Of a stretch of 64,000 bases of DNA, positions 12,901 to 27,425 are shown piece by piece. The DNA comes from Eledone cirrhosa. Taxonomy: Eukaryota. The stretch spans positions 246,202,001 through 246,266,000 of the forward strand of contig OZ024742.1 of the NCBI GenBank assembly GCA_964016885.1, written 5' to 3'. How positions within the stretch are numbered: position 1 is the stretch's first letter; each line of letters opens with the position of its first letter. Both the position numbers and the translations under genes were made by a program. The notes beneath the pieces are model-generated. The model was given only the letters and a program-made list of their open reading frames with translations. It had not been told where the DNA came from and searched no databases.

Positions 12901-14060
12901 GCTACATTTATATGTAAAGTGGTCATGATGGTGACATGACAAAAAACACCCAGCCCACACTGTAAAGTGGTGATGTGGGTATCATGACAAAAAGTACCCA
13001 GTACTCACTATGAATGTGGTTGGCGTTAGGAAGGGCACCCAGCTGTAGAAACCAAGCCAAAATCAGTTCTGTATGAGCAAGACATGGTCACCTGACCTGG
13101 CATTTCTCACAACTGGACAACTCTTCTAACCCACGGCAGCATGGAAAAATGGAGGTTAAACAGCGATGATGATGATGATTATGGTACATGTATGTATCAT
13201 TTTATTCTTTCGTTCAGAGTTCTTCACAAAAGAAGGTATTCACAGACTTCACATGTAGACATGTTAAACTATGTTCAATGATTTTATACTCAGCGTCTGT
13301 ATTGTATTATTCCAACATAAATTCATTGCATATTCCCCATTGCAGTTTATAAAAATGTTTAAGTAACATGTTTTGACAAGAATCTACCATCATTATCATC
13401 ATCGTTTAATATCTATTTTCCATGATAGCATGGGTTGAACAAGTTGTCCCATTGTTAGGCAAGTCAGTCAAGTGACTGAGTATTGCTCATACAGAACTGT
13501 TTCTGATTTGGTTTCTATAGCTGAGTGCTTTCCTAATGCCAACCAAATTTACAGTGTGGACTGGGTGCATTTTATCATGTCACCAGCACAACCACCTTAT
13601 CGATAATTTTATAATAGTGAGTATTCCTTCGTTTGGCTTATAGAAAGGAAAGGGTCTCCTTCAGTTATGACTGGCTGTGAGTTTTGGACCCATAACTGAC
13701 TAACGACTTTCCCTCTCTGAAGTGCAAGCCTGGGCAGGGTACTTTGTGGAGGTCAGTATGACTGACCTCCACAAAGTACTTCAGAGAGGGCAAGTTTTCC
13801 TTCTCCATGAAATGTCCAAGATAAAGGCAAAAGCTGACACAACATGGCACCAGTGGCATTACCACTCATTTTTTCTACTCAAGTGAACTGGTGGAGCAAT
13901 GTAAAAATAAAGTGCTTCAACGCTAGCAGAGAAGATGGATATTAAATGATGATGGTGATGATGATGATATAATTCTGTTTTGGTAAAAAATCCATGCAGC
14001 TGGCAATTCAGGTTAAGCACTATTAAATAAGATATGATGGCATATATATGTAAACAATAA

Positions 14061-14257
14061 CAAAGAGGGTGTGGTGAGATACCAGGTGGACCATAACACA
14101 CCAGAGTACTCGATACTTGGGGTAGTAGCGTGAGTAATAGGAAAAGATTCAGGACCCCGACGGCTGAGCTCCGGCCATTTCAACAGCTAGATCCAAACTG
14201 TTCGGATCTAGCTGTCGAAACGGCCGGAGCTTGGCTATCGGGGTCCTGAATCTTCTC
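14061..14257 (-). mobile_element. Short (~197 bp) hairpin-containing interspersed element with 15-bp target site duplication
   Basis: ATATGTAAACAATAA at both 14046-14060 and 14258-14272. Inverted repeat at 14141-14257. Homologous copy in opposite orientation at 57341-57530. Confidence 0.8.
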
Positions 14258-14287
14258 ATATGTAAACAATAAGCAAGACATACACAC

Positions 14288-14380
14288 CTGGTACAAAGTA
14301 GAAGGTTCTTTCACAGTACTTGGCAATGGTGGTAAAGATGGCAGCACCCTGACGAGTTTCGATTGTGCAGCTACAGAACT
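14288..14380 (-). CDS. DNAH3: DNAH3-like coding exon
   Basis: Acceptor tttgttattgtcag|, donor cag|gtgtgt. 93 nt, phase 0 to 0. Encodes SSVAAQSKLVRVLPSLPPLPSTVKEPSTLYQ (cf. DNAH3 PELPPLP...EPSGLYQ). Confidence 0.86.
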
Positions 14381-14691
14381 CTGACAATAACAAATATAAA
14401 ACATATTACAAGCCTCATCATTAGGCTGACAATTTCAATGTCTGGCAAAGGAACCCTCTCGGTAAATCATCCATATAGAGGCTCTGACAGCCTCATCTAT
14501 TGATTGAGATAACAAAGGATTGCAATAAGTGAAAGAAAGCTCTGCTGGAGAAGACCTATCCAGTTCATTGAATAAGGAATAACAGATGTCTAAATGACGA
14601 TAATGATGATGTATCCATATGTGTTTAGTCTTGCTGTGAAATTAGATCCCATGAACACCTTGGTGACAGCTTAGGATGAAAATAAATTCAA

Positions 14692-14903
14692 CTGATTGGC
14701 AGTATTGGTAGAGCATTGGACAATATGCTTCACAGCTTAGTTATGGTTCTTTATATTCTGAATTCAAATCACACCGAGGTTAGCTTTGCCTTTCATTCTC
14801 AAGGGATCAATAAAATAAAGCACCAGTAATACATTGGGGTCAATTCAATCGACTCCCCCCCCCCTCAAATTGTTGGCCTTGTGCTTAAACCAGAAATTAT
14901 TAT
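14692..14903 (+). mobile_element. SINE family A
   Basis: A-box-like ttggcagtattgg, B-box and core. Confidence 0.8.
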
Positions 14904-15064
14904 TAATGAACAATTCAACAGAATCTGCTTGTTGTTAATCCCTAAGATATTAACCAAATACAGAGGGACTACTCTTTATTAATAAACAAGAATGCAAACT
15001 CATTTACATAATAGTTCAAGGATGACAGACAGATAATAATTACTTCTTGCTTCATCCATGAGTG

Positions 15065-15395
15065 AACGGGTATGGCTTAGTAGTTAGATAGTTGGATTCA
15101 CAATCATAAGGTTATGAGTTTGCTTCCCAGACCAGGCAATGCATTGTGTCCATAAGCAAGACACTTTATTTCACATTGCTTCAGTTCATACAGCTGTAGA
15201 GCTGAGTTACGATGTCATTGGTGCCAAGCTGTATCAGCCTTTGCTGTTCCCTTGGACAACATTGATGTTATAGAGAGGGGAGACTGGTATGCATAGGTGA
15301 CAGCTGGTCTTCCACAAAAACACCTTGCCCGGGCTTATGCCTCTGAGAGGAACTTTCTAGGAGCAATTGTCATGATCAATCATGACTAAAGGGGT
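15065..15395 (+). mobile_element. tRNA-derived SINE family C (reverse copy ~52870-53145)
   Basis: tggcttagtagttag head and gtgtccataagcaagacactttatttcacattgct domain. Confidence 0.7.
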
Positions 15396-15409
15396 CTTTT
15401 TTTAACCAT

Positions 15410-15690
15410 GGCAAATTTCTACAGATGGATTCCCTTCCTGATACCAAAACATACTTCTCAGTATGGTAAGAGATTCACAGACATAAGTGCTTTGGAATCA
15501 AAGACATACACATGCACATACAAATACACACATACAATTGACAGAGTTTCACAATTCTCATCTACCAAATTCACTCACAAGGTATTAATTAGCCTGAGGC
15601 TATAGCAAAAGACACTCGCCTAAGGTGCCACACAGCAGGGCCAAACCTGGAACTACATGTTTTAGAAGCAAACTTCTAAATCACACATCA
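15410..15690 (-). mobile_element. SINE family D (related copy ~5315-5490)
   Basis: Shared accaaattcactcacaagg...gaagacac...gccacacag block. Confidence 0.65.
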
Positions 15691-16239
15691 ATGGTACCAA
15701 TAGAGCATAGGTTTGGAATAAAATATAGCAAGTCATATCTATATGGTTTTAACCTGACTGGAAATATTTTGAAATAGGGGACTAGAATACAATTATAATA
15801 GGCTAAAAGAAATTGCATTTTAACCGGCTGTATCCGGCCAGAATTCTCTCACCTCTTTCTGGTCAAACTGGCTGTAACCAGCTGCTCATACTGATGTTAA
15901 GGTATTGTTCTCAAAATAAATAATATCAAAATCTCAGTTTTGATATTATGTGAGGTAAACCAGTGTGACAGAATGGGATAAAGGAGCTGCAGCTTCTTCT
16001 GCCTTCTCTCCTTCTTCCTCCAGGATCATGTGACACAGTCCTCAAACATACCATCAAAAGGGTCTTATGCAATGCAACAATCTCCAAATGATCTGGCTGG
16101 GTCCTCAAGTTGGACCAACTAAGGTACTGTAACAAAGCTAAACCATTAAATTACAGTGGCAGAGGGAAGGGGAGATAAAGCGAGGGAGGAGGAGGAAAGG
16201 GAGAAGGAGAAGGAGAAGAAGAAGAAAAAGAAGACAAAG

Positions 16240-19200
16240 TATAGTATATATATCTATATACAGGTATAGAAAGTATATCTATAGACAGGTGTAGTAGGTT
16301 TATCTAGAGAGAGGTAGAGTAAATATATCTATAGACAGGTGTAGTATATCTATAGACAGGTGTAGTATATCTATAGAGAGGTGTAGTATATCTATAGACA
16401 GGTATAATATATCTATAGACAGGTATAGTAACTATATCTATAGACAGGTGTAGTATATCTATAGACAGGTGTAGTATATCTATAGACAGGTATAGTATAT
16501 CTACAGACAGGTGTAGTATATATATAGACAGGTATAGTATATCTATAGACAGGTGTAGTATATCTAAAGACAGGTATAATATATCTATAGACAGGTATAG
16601 TAACTATATCTATAGACAGGTGTAGTATATCTATAGACAGGTGTAGTATATCTATAGACAGGTATAGTAACTATATCTATAGACAGGTGTAGTATATCTA
16701 TAGACAGGTGTAGTATATCTATAGACAAGTGTAGTATATCTATAGACAGGTATAATATATCTATAGACAGGTATAGTATATCTATAGACAGGTGTAGTAT
16801 ATCTATAGACAGGTGTAGTATATCTATAGACAGGTGTAGGAACTATATCTATAGACAGGTGTAGTAACTATATCTATAGACAGGTGTAGTATATCTATAG
16901 ACAGGTGTAGTATATCTATAGACAGGTGTAGTATATCTATAGTCAGGTAGTATATCTATAGACAGGTAGTATATCTATAGACAGGTAGTATATCTATAGA
17001 CAGGTAGTATATCTATAGACAGGTGTAGTATATCTATAGACAGGTAGTATATCTATAGACAGGTAGTATATCTATAGACAGGTATAGTATATCTATAGAC
17101 AGGTATAGTATATCTATAGACAGGAGTAGTATATCTATAGACAGGTACAGTATATCTATAGACAGGTAGTATATCTATAGACAGGTATAGTATATCTATA
17201 GACAGGTGTAGTATATCTATAGACAGGTGTAGTATATCTATAGACAGGTGTAGTACATCTATAGACAGGTGTAGTATATCTATAGACAGGTGTAGTATAT
17301 CTATAGACAGGTGTAGTATATCTATAGACAGGTGTAGTATATCTATAGACAGGTGTAGTATATCTATAGAGAGGTGTAGTATATCTATAGACAGGTATAA
17401 TATATCTATAGACAGGTATAGTAACTATATCTATAGACAGGTGTAGTATATCTATAGACAGGTGTAGTATATCTATAGACAGGTATAGTATATCTATAGA
17501 CAGGTGTAGTATATATATAGACAGGTATAGTATATCTATAGACAGGTGTAGTATATCTATAGACAGGTATAATATATCTATAGACAGGTATAGTAACTAT
17601 ATCTATAGACAGGTGTAGTATATCTATAGACAGGTGTAGTATATCTATAGACAGGTGTAGTATATCTATAGACAGGTGTAGTATATCTATAGACAGGTGT
17701 AGTATATCTATAGACAGGTGTAGTATATCTATAGTCAGGTAGTATATCTATAGACAGGTAGTATATCTATAGACAGGTAGTATATCTATAGACAGGTAGT
17801 ATATCTATAGACAGGTGTAGTATATCTATAGACAGGTAGTATAACTATAGACAGGTAGTATATCTATAGACAGGTATAGTATATCTATAGACAGGTATAG
17901 TATATCTATAGACAGGAGTAGTATATCTATAGACAGGTGTAGTATATCTAAAGACAGGTACAGTATATCTATAGACAGGTAGTATATCTATAGACAGGTA
18001 TAGTATATCTATAGACAGGTGTAGTATATCTATAGACAGGTGTAGTATATCTATAGACAGGTGTAGTACATCTATAGACAGGTGTAGTATATCTATAGAC
18101 AGGTGTAGTATATCTATAGACAGGTGTAGTATATCTATAGACAGGTGTAGTATATCTATAGACAGGTGTAGTATATCTATAGAGAGGTGTAGTATATCTA
18201 TAGACAGGTGTAGTATATCTATAGACAGGTGTAGTATATCTATTGACAGGTGTAGTATATCTATAGACAAGTGTAGTATATCTATAGACAGGTGTAGTAA
18301 CTATATCTATAGACAGGTGTAGTATATCTATAGACAGGTGTAGTATATCTATAGACAGGTGTAGTATATCTATAGACATGTATAGTATATCTATAGACAG
18401 GTAGTATATCTATAGACAGGTATAGTATATCTATAGACAGGTGTAGTATATCTATAGACAGGTGTAGCAATTATATCTATAGACAGGTGTAGTATATCTA
18501 TAGACAGGTGTAGTATATCTATAGACAGGTATAGTATATCTAGACAGGTGTAGTATATCTATAGACAGGTGTAGTATATCTATAGACAGGTGTAGTATAT
18601 CTATAGACAGGTGTAGTATATCTATAGAGAGGTGTAGTATATCTATAGACAGGTGTAGTATATCTATAGACAGGTGTAGTATATCTATAGACAGGTGTAG
18701 TATATCTATAGACAGGTGTAGTATATCTATAGACAGGTGTAGTATATCTATTGACAGGTGTAGTATATCTATAGACAAGTGTAGTATATCTATAGACAGG
18801 TGTAGTATATCTATAGACAGGTATAGTATATCTATAGACAGGTGTAGTATATCTATAGACAGGTATAGTAACTATATCTATAGACAGGTGTAGTATATCT
18901 ATAGACAGGTGTATTATATCTATAGACAGGTGTAGTATATCTATAGACAGGTGTATTATATCTATAGACAAGTGTAGTATATCTATAGACAGGTGTAGTA
19001 ACTATATCTATAGACAGGTGTAGTATATCTATAGACAGGTGTAGTATATCTATAGACAGGTGTAGTATATCTATAGACAGGTGTAGTATATCTATAGACA
19101 GGTGTAGTATATCTATAGAGAGGTGTAGTATATCTATAGACAGGTGTAGTATATCTATAGACAGGTGTAGTATATCTATAGACAGGTATAGTATATCTAT

Positions 19201-22200
19201 AGACAGGTGTAGTATATCTATTGACAGGTGTAGTATATCTATAGACAAGTGTAGTATATCTATAGACAGGTGTAGTAACTATATCTATAGACAGGTGTAG
19301 TATATCTATAGACAGGTAGTATATATATAGACAGGTAGTATATCTATAGACAGGTAGTATATCTATAGACAGGTATAGTATATCTATAGACAGGTGTAGT
19401 ATATCTATAGACAGGTAGTATATCTATAGACAGGTAGTATATCTATAGACAGGTGTAGTATATCTATAGACAGGTGTAGTATATCTATTGACAGGTGTAG
19501 TATATCTATAGACAAGTGTAGTATATCTATAGACAGGTGTAGTAACTATATCTATAGACAGGTGTAGTATATCTATAGACAGGTGTAGTATATCTATAGA
19601 CAGGTGTAGTATATCTATAGACATGTATAGTATATCTATAGACAGGTAGTATATCTATAGACAGGTATAGTATATCTATAGACAGGTGTAGTATATCTAT
19701 AGACAGGTGTAGCAATTATATCTATAGACAGGTGTAGTATATCTATAGACAGGTGTAGTATATCTATAGACAGGTATAGTATATCTAGACAGGTGTAGTA
19801 TATCTATAGACAGGTGTAGTATATCTATAGACAGGTGTAGTATATCTATAGACAGGTGTAGTATATCTATAGAGAGGTGTAGTATATCTATAGACAGGTG
19901 TAGTATATCTATAGACAAGTGTAGTATATCTATAGACAGGTGTAGTAACTATATCTATAGACAGGTGTAGTATATCTATAGACAGGTGTAGTATATCTAT
20001 AGACAGGTGTAGTATATCTATAGACATGTATAGTATATCTATAGACAGGTATAGTATATCTATAGACAGGTGTAGTATATCTATAGACAGGTATAGTATA
20101 TCTATAGACAGGTGTAGTATATCTATAGACAGGTAGTATATCTATAGACAGGTAGTATATCTATAGACAGGTATAGTATATCTATAGACAGGTGTAGTAT
20201 ATCTATAGACAGGTGTAGTATATCTATAGACAGGTACAGTATATCTATAGACAGGTAGTATATCTATAGACAGGTATAGTATATCTATAGACAGGTGTAG
20301 TATATCTATAGACAGGTGTAGTATATCTATAGACAGGTGTAGTACATCTATAGACAGGTGTAGTATATCTATAGACAGGTGTAGTATATCTATAGACAGG
20401 TGTAGTATATCTATAGACAGGTGTAGTATATCTATAGAGAGGTGTAGTATATCTATAGACAGGTGTAGTATATCTATAGACAGGTGTAGTATATCTATAG
20501 ACAGGTGTAGTATATCTATAGACAGGTGTAGTATATCTATAGACAGGTGTAGTATATCTATTGACAGGTTAGTATATCTATAGACAAGTGTAGTATATCT
20601 ATAGACAGGTGTAGTAACTATATCTATAGACAGGTGTAGTATATCTATAGACAGGTAGTATATCTATAGACAGGTAGTATATCTATAGACAGGTATAGTA
20701 TATCTATAGACAGGTGTAGTATATCTATAGACAGGTAGTATATCTATAGACAGGTAGTATATCTATAGACAGGTGTAGTGTATCTATAGACAGGTGTAGT
20801 ATATCTATTGACAGGTGTAGTATATCTATAGACAAGTGTAGTATATCTATAGACAGGTGTAGTAACTATATCTATAGACAGGTGTAGTATATCTATAGAC
20901 AGGTGTAGTATATCTATAGACAGGTGTAGTTTATCTATAGACATGTATAGTATATCTATAGACAGGTGTAGTTTATCTATAGACAGGTATAGTATATCTA
21001 TAGACAGGTGTAGTATATCTATAGACAGGTTTAGCAATTATATCTATAGACAGGTGTAGTATATCTATAGAAAGGTGTAGTATATCTATAGACAGGTATA
21101 GTATATCTAGACAGGTGTAGTATATCTATAGACAGGTGTAGTATATCTATAGACAGGTGTAGTATATCTATAGACAGGTGTAGTATATCTATAGAGAGGT
21201 GTAGTATATCTATAGACAGGTGTAGTATATCTATAGACAGGTGTAGTATATCTATAGACAGGTGTAGTATATCTATAGACAGGTGTATTATATCTATTGA
21301 CAGGTGTAGTATATCTATAGACAAGTGTAGTATATCTATAGACAGGTGTAGTATATCTATAGACAGGTATAGTATATTTATAGACAGGTGTAGTATATCT
21401 ATAGACAGGTGTATTATATCTATAGACAGGTGTAGTATATCTATAGACAGGTGTATTATATCTATAGACAGGTGTAGTATATCTATAGACAGGTATAGTA
21501 TATCTATAGACAGGTGTAGTATATCTATAGACAGGTATAGTAACTATATCTATAGACAGGTGTAGTATATCTATAGACAGGTGTAGTATATCTATAGACA
21601 GGTGTAGTAACTATATCTATAGACAGGTGTAGTATATCTATAGACAGGTGTAGTATATCTATAGACAGGTGTAGTATATCTATAGACAGGTATAGTATAT
21701 CTATAGACAGGTATAGTATATCTATAGACAGGTATAGTATATCTATAGACAGGTATAGTATATCTATAGACAGGTATAGTATATATATATCTATAGACAG
21801 GTGTAGTATATCTATAGACAGGTGTAATATATCTATAGACAGGTATAGTATATCTATAGACAGGTAGTATATCTATAGACAGGTAGTATATCTATAGACA
21901 GGTAGTATATCTATAGACAGGTGTTGTATATCTATAGACAGGTACAGTATATCTATAGACAGGTAGTATATCTATAGACAGGTATAGTATATCTATAGAC
22001 GGGTGTAGTATATCTATAGACAGGTGTAGTATATCTATAGACAGGTGGAGTATATCTATAGACAGGTGTAGTATATCTATAGCCAGGTATAGTATATCTA
22101 TAGCCAGGTATAGTATATCTATAGACAGGTGTAGTATATCTATAGACAGGTGAAGTATATCTATAGACAGGTGTAGTAACTATATCTATAGACAGGTGTA

Positions 22201-25200
22201 GTATATCTATAGACAGGTATAGTATATCTATAGACAGGTGTAGTATATCTATAGACAGGTATAGTATATCTATAGACAGGTGAAGTATATCTATAGACAG
22301 GTGTAGTAACTATATCTAGAGACAGGTGTAGTATATCTATAGACAGGTGTAGTATATCTATAGACAGGTGTAGTATATCTATAGACAGGTGTAGTATATC
22401 TATAGACAGGTGTAGTATATCTATAGACAGGTATAGTATATCTATAGACAGGTATAGTAACTATATCTATAGACAGGTGTAGTAAATCTATAGACAGGTG
22501 TAGTAACTATATCTATAGACAGGTGTAGTAACTATATCTATAGACAGGTGTAGTATATCTATAGACAGGTATAGTATATCTATAGACAGGTGTAGTATAT
22601 CTATAGACAGGTGTAGTATATCTATAGACAGTTGTCGTATATCTATAAAGTGTAGTATATCTATAGACAGGTGTAGTATATCTATAGACAGGTGTAGTAT
22701 ATCTATAGACAGGTGTAGGAACTATATCTATAGACAGGTGTAGTAACTATATCTATAGACAGGTGTAGTATATCTATAGACAGGTGTAGTATATCTATAG
22801 ACAGGTGTAGTATATCTATAGACAGGTGTAGTAACTATATCTATAGACAGGTGTAGTATATCTATAGACAGGTGTAGTATATCTATAGAGAGGTGTAGTA
22901 ACTATATCTATAGACAGGTGTAGTATATCTATAGACAGGTATAGTATATCTATAGACAGGTGTAGTATATCTATAGACAGGTGTAGTAACTATATCTATA
23001 GACAGGTGTAGTATATCTATAGACAGGTGTAGTATATCTATAGACAAGTGTAGCTATTATATCTATAGACAGGTGTAGTAACTATATCTATAGACAGGTG
23101 TAGTATATCTATAGACAGGTATAGTATATCTATAGACAGGTGTAGTATATCTATAGACAAGTGTAGTATATCTATAGACAGGTATAATATATCTATAGAC
23201 AGGTATAGTATATCTATAGACAGGTGTAGTATATCTATAGACAGGTGTAGTATATCTATAGACAGGTGTAGGAAATATATCTATAGACAGGTGTAGTAAC
23301 TATATCTATAGACAGGTGTAGTATATCTATAGACAGGTATAGTATATCTATAGACAGGTGTAGTATATCTATAGACAGGTGTAGTATATCTATAGACAGG
23401 TGTAGTATATCTATAGACAGGTGTAGTATATCTATAGACAGGTGTAGTATATCTATAGACAGGTGTAGTATATCTATAGACAGGTGTAGTATATCTATAG
23501 ACAGGTGTAGTATATCTATAGTCAGGTAGTATATCTATAGACAGGTAGTATATCTATAGACAGGTAGTATATCTATAGACAGGTAGTATATCTATAGACA
23601 GGTGTAGTATATCTATAGACAGGTAGTATATCTATAGACAGGTAGTATATCTATAGACAGGTATAGTATATCTATAGACAGGTATAGTATATCTATAGAC
23701 AGGAGTAGTATATCTATAGACAGGTGTAGTATATCTAAAGACAGGTACAGTATATCTATAGACAGGTAGCATATCTATAGACAGGTATAGTATATCTATA
23801 GACAGGTGTAGTATATCTATAGACAGGTGTAGTATATCTATAGACAGGTGTAGTATATCTATAGACAGGTGTAGTATATCTATAGACAGGTGTAGTATAT
23901 CTATAGACAGGTGTAGTATATCTATTGACAGGTGTAGTATATCTATAGACAAGTGTAGTATATCTATAGACAGGTGTAGTAACTATATCTATAGACAGGT
24001 GTAGTATATCTATAGACAGGTGTAGTATATCTATAGACAGGTGTAGTATATCTATAGACATGTATAGTATATCTATAGACAGGTAGTATATCTATAGACA
24101 GGTATAGTATATCTATAGACAGGTGTAGTATATCTATAGACAGGAGTAGCAATTATATCTATAGACAGGTGTAGTATATCTATAGACAGGTGTAGTATAT
24201 CTATAGACAGGTATAGTATATCTAGACAGGTGTAGTATATCTATAGACAGGTGTAGTATATCTATAGACAGGTGTAGTATATCTATAGACAGGTGTAGTA
24301 TATCTATAGAGAGGTGTAGTATATCTATAGACAGGTGTAGTATATCTATAGACAGGTGTAGTATATCTATAGACAGGTGTAGTATATCTATAGACAGGTG
24401 TAGTATATCTATAGACAGGTGTAGTATATCTATTGACAGGTGTAGTATATCTATAGACAAGTGTAGTATATCTATAGACAGGTGTAGTATATCTATAGAC
24501 AGGTATAGTATATCTATAGACAGGTGTAGTATATCTATAGACAGGTATAGTAACTATATCTATAGACAGGTGTAGTATATCTATAGACAGGTGTATTATA
24601 TCTATAGACAGGTGTAGTATATCTATAGACAGGTGTATTATATCTATAGACAAGTGTAGTATATCTATAGACAGGTGTAGTAACTATATCTATAGACAGG
24701 TGTAGTATATCTATAGACAGGTGTAGTATATCTATAGACAGGTGTAGTATATCTATAGACAGGTGTAGTATATCTATAGAGAGGTGTAGTATATCTATAG
24801 ACAGGTGTAGTATATCTATTGACAGGTGTAGTATATCTATAGACAGGTATAGTATATCTATAGACAGGTGTAGTATATCTATTGACAGGTGTAGTATATC
24901 TATAGACAGGTGTAGCAATTATATCTATAGACAGGTGTAGTATATCTATAGACAGGTGTAGTATATCTATAGACAGGTGTAGTATATCTATAGAGAGGTG
25001 TAGTATATCTATAGACAGGTGTAGTATATCTATAGACAGGTGTAGTATATCTATAGACAGGTATAGTATATCTATAGACATGTGTAGTATATCTATTGAC
25101 AGGTGTAGTATATCTATAGACAAGTGTAGTATATCTATAGACAGGTGTAGTAACTATATCTATAGACAGGTGTAGTATATCTATAGACAGGTAGTATATA

Positions 25201-27383
25201 TATAGACAGGTAGTATATCTATAGACAGGTAGTATATCTATAGACAGGTATAGTATATCTATAGACAGGTGTAGTATATCTATAGACAGGTAGTATATCT
25301 ATAGACAGGTGTAGTATATCTATAGACAGGTGTAGTATATCTATTGACAGGTGTAGTATATCTATAGACAAGTGTAGTATATCTATAGACAGGTGTAGTA
25401 ACTATATCTATAGACAGGTGTAGTATATCTATAGACAGGTGTAGCAATTATATCTATAGACAGGTGTAGTATATCTATAGACAGGTGTAGTATATCTATA
25501 GACAGGTATAGTATATCTAGACAGGTGTAGTATATCTATAGACAGGTGTAGTATATCTATAGAGAGGTGTAGTATATCTATAGACAGGTGTAGTATATCT
25601 ATAGACAAGTGTAGTATATCTATAGACAGGTGTAGTAACTATATCTATAGACAGGTGTAGTATATCTATAGACAGGTGTAGTATATCTATAGACAGGTGT
25701 AGTATATCTATAGACATGTATAGTATATCTATAGACAGGTATAGTATATCTATAGACAGGTGTAGTATATCTATAGACAGGTGTAGCAATTATATCTATA
25801 GACAGGTGTAGTATATCTATAGACAGGTGTAGTATATCTATAGACAGGTATAGTATATCTAGACAGGTGTAGTATATCTATAGACAGGTGTAGTATATCT
25901 ATAGACAGGTATAGTATATCTATAGACAGGTGTAGTATATCTATAGACAGGTAGTATATCTATAGACAGGTAGTATATCTATAGACAGGTATAGTATATC
26001 TATAGACAGGTATAGTATATCTATAGACAGGTGTAGTATATCTATAGACAGGTGTAGTATATCTATAGACAGGTACAGTATATCTATAGACAGGTAGTAT
26101 ATCTATAGACAGGTATAGTATATCTATAGACAGGTGTAGTATATCTATAGACAGGTGTAGTATATCTATAGACAGGTGTAGTACATCTATAGACAGGTGT
26201 AGTATATCTATAGACAGGTGTAGTATATCTATAGACAGGTGTAGTATATCTATAGACAGGTGTAATATATCTATAGAGAGGTCTAGTATATCTATAGACA
26301 GGTGTAGTATATCTATAGACAGGTGTAGTATATCTATAGACAGGTGTAGTATATCTATTGACAGGTTAGTATATCTATAGACAAGTGTAGTATATCTATA
26401 GACAGGTGTAGTAACTATATCTATAGACAGGTGTAGTATATCTATAGACAGGTAGTATATCTATAGACAGGTAGTATATCTATAGACAGGTATAGTATAT
26501 CTATAGACAGGTGTAGTATATCTATAGACAGGTAGTATATCTATAGACAGGTAGTATATCTATAGACAGGTGTAGTGTATCTATAGACAGGTGTAGTATA
26601 TCTATTGACAGGTGTAGTATATCTATAGACAAGTGTAGTATATCTATAGACAGGTGTAGTAACTATATCTATAGACAGGTGTAGTATATCTATAGACAAG
26701 TGTAGTATATCTATAGACAGGTGTAGTTTATCTATAGACATGTATAGTATATCTATAGACAGGTAGTATATCTATAGACAGGTATAGTATATCTATAGAC
26801 AGGTGTAGTATATCTATAGACAGGTTTAGCAATTATATCTATAGACAGGTGTAGTATATCTATAGACAGGTGTAGTATATCTATAGACAGGTATAGTATA
26901 TCTAGACAGGTGTAGTATATCTATAGACAGGTGTAGTATATCTATAGACAGGTGTAGTATATCTATAGACAGGTGTAGTATATCTATAGAGAGGTGTAGT
27001 ATATCTATAGACAGGTGTAGTATATCTATAGACAGGTGTAGTATATCTATAGACAGGTGTAGTATATCTATAGACAGGTGTATTATATCTATTGACAGGT
27101 GTAGTATATCTATAGACAAGTGTAGTATATCTATAGACAGGTGTAGTATATCTATAGACAGGTATAGTATATCTATAGACAGGTGTAGTATATCTATAGA
27201 CAGGTATAGTAACTATATCTATAGACAGGTGTAGTATATCTATAGACAGGTGTATTATATCTATAGACAGGTGTAGTATATCTATAGACAGGTATAGTAT
27301 ATCTATAGACAGGTGTAGTATATCTATAGACAGGTATAGTATATCTATAGACAGGTAGTATATCTATAGACAGGTATAGTATA

Positions 27384-27425
<42 letters not shown>

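Noticed and set aside
15926-16135. Possible additional dynein exon (69-aa ORF)
   Set aside because: There is no recognisable dynein similarity and no convincing phase-0 donor. It cannot be fully excluded without RNA data.
16945-17075. CAGGTAG (Zelda/TAGteam) motif in 19-bp variant monomers
   Set aside because: It arises from a simple GT deletion in the monomer. Zelda is known from pancrustaceans, and the repeat content does not point to such a host.
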